Assembly (NCBI GenBank): GCA_031372985.1
Contig: JANMMF010000069.1
Span: 1-53,108 of the forward strand
Reading direction: 5' to 3'
DNA length: 53,108 nt
Source: Gemmatimonadota bacterium
Lineage (GTDB): Bacteria > Gemmatimonadota > Gemmatimonadetes > Gemmatimonadales > Gemmatimonadaceae
Positions 48,738-53,108 of the stretch are shown in pieces. The notes under the pieces were generated by a model that saw only the letters and a program-made list of their open reading frames with translations, did not search any database and had not been told where the DNA came from. The translations under genes were made by a program, and so were the position numbers. Position 1 is the stretch's first letter. Every line of letters starts with the position of its first letter.

Positions 48738-50849
48738 TTACGGGCCGCGCTTCGCTGCCGCGAGCAGGGTAACCCCGACGTACACCGAGCGCTGAGAGCC
48801 AGGCTCGAAGAACTTTCCTCCGGCGGCGTTCACACTCACAGAGGATACGTACCTGGTATTGAACAGATTCTGCGCGCCGACGGTCAGCTCCGCACCTGAG
48901 AATCCGAACGTTCCACCGGTTACGATTCGGGCGTTGAAAATGGCGTAACCGGGCGCGCTCTCCGAATTGGCGTCGTTGACGGCCATTTTGTCGGCGACCG
49001 TGGCTTCAGTCACCAACGTCGCAAGGGCGCTGCGCAGGGCCGCGCTCGCCTGCAGCGTCTGCCTGGGAATCCCGGGGATGCGGTTACCGGCGTAACGCGC
49101 CGTATCGACCGTGAAGTCGGTGAAACGATAGTTGGCGTACGTGTAAGCCCCGCCCAGCTCGAGGGAACGAACCGCCACAACCAGCCCCAGCTCCGCGCCG
49201 CGCCGCGAAGTGCGCCCGGCATTTCGGAAGTAGCGCCGGCCGCCGCCAGAGGGAATGTCGAAGGGAATGAGCTCATCGTGCACACCGGTGTCGAAGAGCG
49301 ACGCGTTGTACTGCACACCACTCGCCCCGACGCCTTTCACTCCGACTTCGTAAGTCGTGGAGCGCTGCGGCTTGAGATCGCGATTGATTCCCCCCGCGCC
49401 ACTGGGCTGATTCCCCAGCTCCGTCGCCGTCGGCGTCTCGAACGCCGAGGAGACGTTGGCGTACGCGCTGTGCGATGCCGAGAGCCGCGCCAGGATTCCT
49501 ACCATTGGGCTGACCGCATCGAGTACCCGTCGTCCCGAATCGTCGGGATTCGTTCCGCTGATCAGTCTGTCATTCACGCGGAAACGCACGGCATCAGCGC
49601 GTGCGGATGCAGTGAGTATGTACCGCTCGCCGATCTCAAGCTCCTCACGAACATAGGAGCCAAGGGATGAGACGATCTCGCGCTGGTGGAGCGTCAGCAC
49701 TCCGCGCTCGACGCCGATGGCCGGACACGTAGCGGTCGGGGCCGTCGGCCGTGGAATGTCGTTGCAGTTGGCGAAATTCCGGCGGAGATCGTTCTGAAGC
49801 TGGATCTCTGCGCCAACGGTGAGTCGGTGATCCAACCCAAGAGAGGAGAAGGGAAGGGTCGCCCGGAGGCTACCGCCGGAAGTAGCGCGCCCGACGTCGA
49901 CAATCGCGAACGCCAGCGGATTGTCCAGCGATCGAGTCGCCGCGTAAGCGGAAGCTTCGAGCTCGCCTCTGAAGCCCGCGCGGCGCGCAGTGACGCCGAA
50001 CTGGGACTGCGTGACCGCCTTCCGTGCGCTCTTTCGAATGGAGAGCGGATCGGCGAGCCGCGGATTCGTCTCGAACTGCGCGCGGGTGAGCGCCCCCGGG
50101 TTCTGCGCCACGGGTGTGTCCAAGCCCAGCCACTGGAGCGCGTACGATCCGCCGCCGCGATCGAGCGACACCCGCGCGAATCCATTCGTCATCCGCTGCC
50201 GCGAATGATCCCGGTAACCATCGCTCTCGGTCCGCGCAACATTTGCCTGATAGCCAAGCCCCTCGGTGGCGCCGCTCGTTTTGAGGACCAGCCTTCGCGA
50301 CCCGAGTGCTCCGCTCCATAGACGCAAGGCTCCGGAGATGGGAACTCGAAGCGGCTCGCTCGTCCGGAGGTCGACAACGCCCCCGCCTGCATTTCCGTAG
50401 AGCGAAGAAGCGCTTCCCCGCATGACTTCGACGCGGCCCACCGATTCGAGATCGAGGTAGTCGACGGGGGTCTGGCCGTCAGGAAGCGTGAGCGGTATTC
50501 CATCGCGCAATACCCTGATGCCCCTGACCCCGAACGCGGACCGGGCTCCAAATCCCCGGATCGAAATCCTCGGATCCTGCGAGGGGTTGTTGCGATTCGA
50601 GACGGTGAGGCCGGGAATCAGGAGTAGCGTTTCGTCCAGCGAGAGATGCCGCTGCCCGGGCCTCGAGGAATCGGGCGTCTGGACGGTGACCGCGAAAGGG
50701 AGATCGAGTGGCGATCTGTGCGAGCCGCGCCCGACTTCGACCACGACCGGTTTCAGCTGAGTGGCAGCGGTGTCCTGCGCCCAACTTGTGTGCGGGACGA
50801 GCGTGAGAATGCCGACGCCGCCGGCGATTCGGAGATGCTTCGCGTTCAT
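48738..50849 (-). CDS. TonB-dependent receptor, YncD/PqqU-like
   Basis: RNNPSQDPRISIRGFGARSAFGVRGIRVLRDGIPLTLPDGQ plug, FETPT..EL, RNAGRTSRRGAE and FFEPG. Confidence 0.9.
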   Translation of the reverse strand: MNAKHLRIAGGVGILTLVPHTSWAQDTAATQLKPVVVEVGRGSHRSPLDLPFAVTVQTPDSSRPGQRHLSLDETLLLIPGLTVSNRNNPSQDPRISIRGFGARSAFGVRGIRVLRDGIPLTLPDGQTPVDYLDLESVGRVEVMRGSASSLYGNAGGGVVDLRTSEPLRVPISGALRLWSGALGSRRLVLKTSGATEGLGYQANVARTESDGYRDHSRQRMTNGFARVSLDRGGGSYALQWLGLDTPVAQNPGALTRAQFETNPRLADPLSIRKSARKAVTQSQFGVTARRAGFRGELEASAYAATRSLDNPLAFAIVDVGRATSGGSLRATLPFSSLGLDHRLTVGAEIQLQNDLRRNFANCNDIPRPTAPTATCPAIGVERGVLTLHQREIVSSLGSYVREELEIGERYILTASARADAVRFRVNDRLISGTNPDDSGRRVLDAVSPMVGILARLSASHSAYANVSSAFETPTATELGNQPSGAGGINRDLKPQRSTTYEVGVKGVGASGVQYNASLFDTGVHDELIPFDIPSGGGRRYFRNAGRTSRRGAELGLVVAVRSLELGGAYTYANYRFTDFTVDTARYAGNRIPGIPRQTLQASAALRSALATLVTEATVADKMAVNDANSESAPGYAIFNARIVTGGTFGFSGAELTVGAQNLFNTRYVSSVSVNAAGGKFFEPGSQRSVYVGVTLLAAAKRGP

Positions 50850-50905
50850 CGACTATATATAGAGCGCGGCGCGCCCCCTGAACATATCGGTCGAGCGAAA
50901 AGAGG

Positions 50906-53108
50906 TCAGCCCTCGTCGAGAACTTTCCTGACGGTTCGCAGGAGATTGTCGGAGGTGAACGGCTTCTGCAGAAAACTCCTCGACGGCTCGATGAATCCGC
51001 GACGAATGATGTCGTCGTCCGTGTAGCCCGACATGTAGAGCGACTTTATTCGCGGGCGAATGCCGGTGAGACGCTCGACCAGACCGCGACCGTTCATTCC
51101 CGGCATCACGACGTCTGTGAGGACGAGGTCGATCCTGCCTTCTTCCTTGGATGCGATCTCCATCGCCTCGCGACCGTGCTGGGCGGCGATGACGCGATAA
51201 CCCTGCTTCTGCAGAATGCGCGAAGTGAGGCCTCGCACTGCTTCTTCGTCCTCCACGAGGAGGATCGTCTCGGACCCACTCGTTTCCGTCGACGCGACTC
51301 GAGGCTCGCTGGTCGAGAAAGCGGCGGACGCGCTCACTTCCGGGAAATAGAGCTTCAGCGTTGTTCCGAGCGCCGGCTCGCTATAGATCCAGACGTAGCC
51401 GCCCGATTGTTTCACGATTCCGTAGACCGTCGCGAGGCCGAGTCCAGTGCCTTTTCCCGCCTCCTTGGTCGTGAAGAACGGATCAAAGGCGTGTTCCCTG
51501 GTATCCCGATTCATGCCAACGCCGTTGTCGCCAACGGCGAGCATCACGTAGCGGCCCGCCACCACCGGCGCGTGCTCGCTGGTGTAGGTCTCGTCGAGCT
51601 CTACGTTTCGCGTCTCGATGGTGATGCGCCCGCCCTGCGGCATCGCATCACGCGCATTGACCACAAGATTGACCAGGATCTGATCGAGCTGGCCCGGGTC
51701 TGCCACGACGTATCCTCGGGCGCTGCACGTTGAAGCGATGGAGATGTCCTCGCCAATGAGCCGGCGCAGCATTGGCTCGACGTTGCCGACCACGCTGTTC
51801 ATGTCGAGCACACGGGGTTGGAGGATCTGCTTGCGACTGAAAGCGAGCAGCTGGCGTGTGAGCCCTGAGGCGCGCTCGGCAGCGCTTCTGATCTGCTTCA
51901 CGTCTTCGCTGCGGGGATCCGTTGGATCGAATCCCTCCATGATGATTTCCGTGTTCAACCGGATGACCGTCAGGAGATTGTTGAAATCGTGCGCGATGCC
52001 GCCGGCGAGCCTTCCAACCGCGTCCATCTTCTGCGACTGGCGGAACTGCTCCTCCAGATTCCTCCGCTCGGTGAGATCGATGGACACGGTCACGAAGCCG
52101 AGGACTCTGCCTAGCTCGTCAAGCACGGGGGAGGTCGTCAGCAGAGCGGGGAACGCCTTACCTGACTTGCCCTGCACCAGAAACTCGCCGGTCCAGCTTC
52201 CGCCGGCGGCCCCGCGCTCCATGATCTCCGGTCCGTGCTCGCGCAGGAACGGCGAAGGTGTGAGGTCCTGGATCGTCTGTCCGACTGCTTCCTCGGCGGT
52301 CCACCCGTAGAGGAGCTCCGCGAACTTGTTCCAGAAGATCACGATTCCCTCAGGATCAGTCGCGACGACGGCCTGCTGAACGGCGTTTAGGAGCTGCGCC
52401 TGGAATCTGATCGCCGCCTCCGACCGAGAGCGCTCGCTGACATCGGTCATGGCGCCGATCATCCGCAGCGCCGCTCCACCCGGGTCTCGCGCGACATACC
52501 CGCGGTCCATCACTTTCACGTAGGTGTCGTCAGCGCGGCGGTAGCGGTATTGATCGCTCCAGCTGGTGCCGCCGTGATCGAGAACTCCCCAGATGCCGGC
52601 TATAACCCGTTCCCGGTCATCCGGATGGATGTGATCGTGCCACCACTGGATCTCGGGATAGATCTCGGTCTGCTTATGGCCGAACACGATCTCGACAGAA
52701 TCGTTCCAGACGAGCGCGTTCGTCAGGATGTCCCAATCCCAGATGACATCCGTCGTCGCGCGCGCCACGAACCGGAACCGCTCGTCGCTGATGCGGACGG
52801 CACTCTCGGCTTTGCGGTGGTCAGTGAGATCCACCACGATCGCGACCGCGGCGACGACGGCGCCTGCGTCGTCGACAACGGGGGCCGAGCTCATGCGAAT
52901 GAAGCCCTCAGTCCCGTCGCCGCGCAGAATCCGGATCTCTTCGCCGCCAATTCTCTCCCGGGTAATGATGGTCCGGGCCAGCGGCCACTCGAGGGCCGTG
53001 TACGGCGTGCCGTCACTGTGAAAGCCTATCAGCTCATGATAGCTCTTGAGATCCGCGGCCGGCTTGAACGACGTGCGAAAGATCGCAGTCATTTGCGCAT
53101 TGACGGAA
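50906..53108 (-). CDS. Multi-PAS hybrid sensor histidine kinase with C-terminal receiver (CckA-like), 5'-partial
   Basis: PAS repeats, [33 protein letters not shown] and REC (LVEDE, TDVVMP, KPF). Frame stays open to the window edge. Confidence 0.95.
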   Translation of the reverse strand, partial: SVNAQMTAIFRTSFKPAADLKSYHELIGFHSDGTPYTALEWPLARTIITRERIGGEEIRILRGDGTEGFIRMSSAPVVDDAGAVVAAVAIVVDLTDHRKAESAVRISDERFRFVARATTDVIWDWDILTNALVWNDSVEIVFGHKQTEIYPEIQWWHDHIHPDDRERVIAGIWGVLDHGGTSWSDQYRYRRADDTYVKVMDRGYVARDPGGAALRMIGAMTDVSERSRSEAAIRFQAQLLNAVQQAVVATDPEGIVIFWNKFAELLYGWTAEEAVGQTIQDLTPSPFLREHGPEIMERGAAGGSWTGEFLVQGKSGKAFPALLTTSPVLDELGRVLGFVTVSIDLTERRNLEEQFRQSQKMDAVGRLAGGIAHDFNNLLTVIRLNTEIIMEGFDPTDPRSEDVKQIRSAAERASGLTRQLLAFSRKQILQPRVLDMNSVVGNVEPMLRRLIGEDISIASTCSARGYVVADPGQLDQILVNLVVNARDAMPQGGRITIETRNVELDETYTSEHAPVVAGRYVMLAVGDNGVGMNRDTREHAFDPFFTTKEAGKGTGLGLATVYGIVKQSGGYVWIYSEPALGTTLKLYFPEVSASAAFSTSEPRVASTETSGSETILLVEDEEAVRGLTSRILQKQGYRVIAAQHGREAMEIASKEEGRIDLVLTDVVMPGMNGRGLVERLTGIRPRIKSLYMSGYTDDDIIRRGFIEPSRSFLQKPFTSDNLLRTVRKVLDEG

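Overview
GC-rich bacterial chromosomal segment. Gene style suggests Gemmatimonadota, but this is inference and no taxonomic search was run. It holds about 49 CDS; I saw no tRNA, rRNA, CRISPR array or transposase. Left to right: (1) a TPR protein / sensor-less sigma54 activator / TPR-HD-GYP / orphan OppA-like lipoprotein signalling cluster; (2) a stand-alone dnaK with a candidate sigma54 promoter; (3) a large phosphate region (rhomboid-DUF47-PiT converging on phoBR-porin-pstSCABB-phoU), divergent from a nucleotide-salvage operon (double-module nucleotidase, small beta-grasp-like protein, add, PNP); (4) housekeeping genes (thiD, M48 peptidase, TrmH, prepilin peptidase, HExxH lipoprotein, DUF445, lon, ffh, rpsP-rimM-trmD); (5) a ~5.7 kb cell-surface-signalling block (TonB receptor, FecR, ECF sigma, Cys-repeat lipoprotein) between trmD and rplS, with the same bipartite motif GTGTCAGGG-N15-GTGTC(A/T)T-N3-AGCA upstream of both fecR and the lipoprotein; (6) rplS-rnhB-purEK, a second ECF/anti-sigma/2xDUF4097 module, an orphan cytochrome oxidase subunit III-like gene, a YncD/PqqU-like TonB receptor and a 5'-truncated PAS hybrid kinase.
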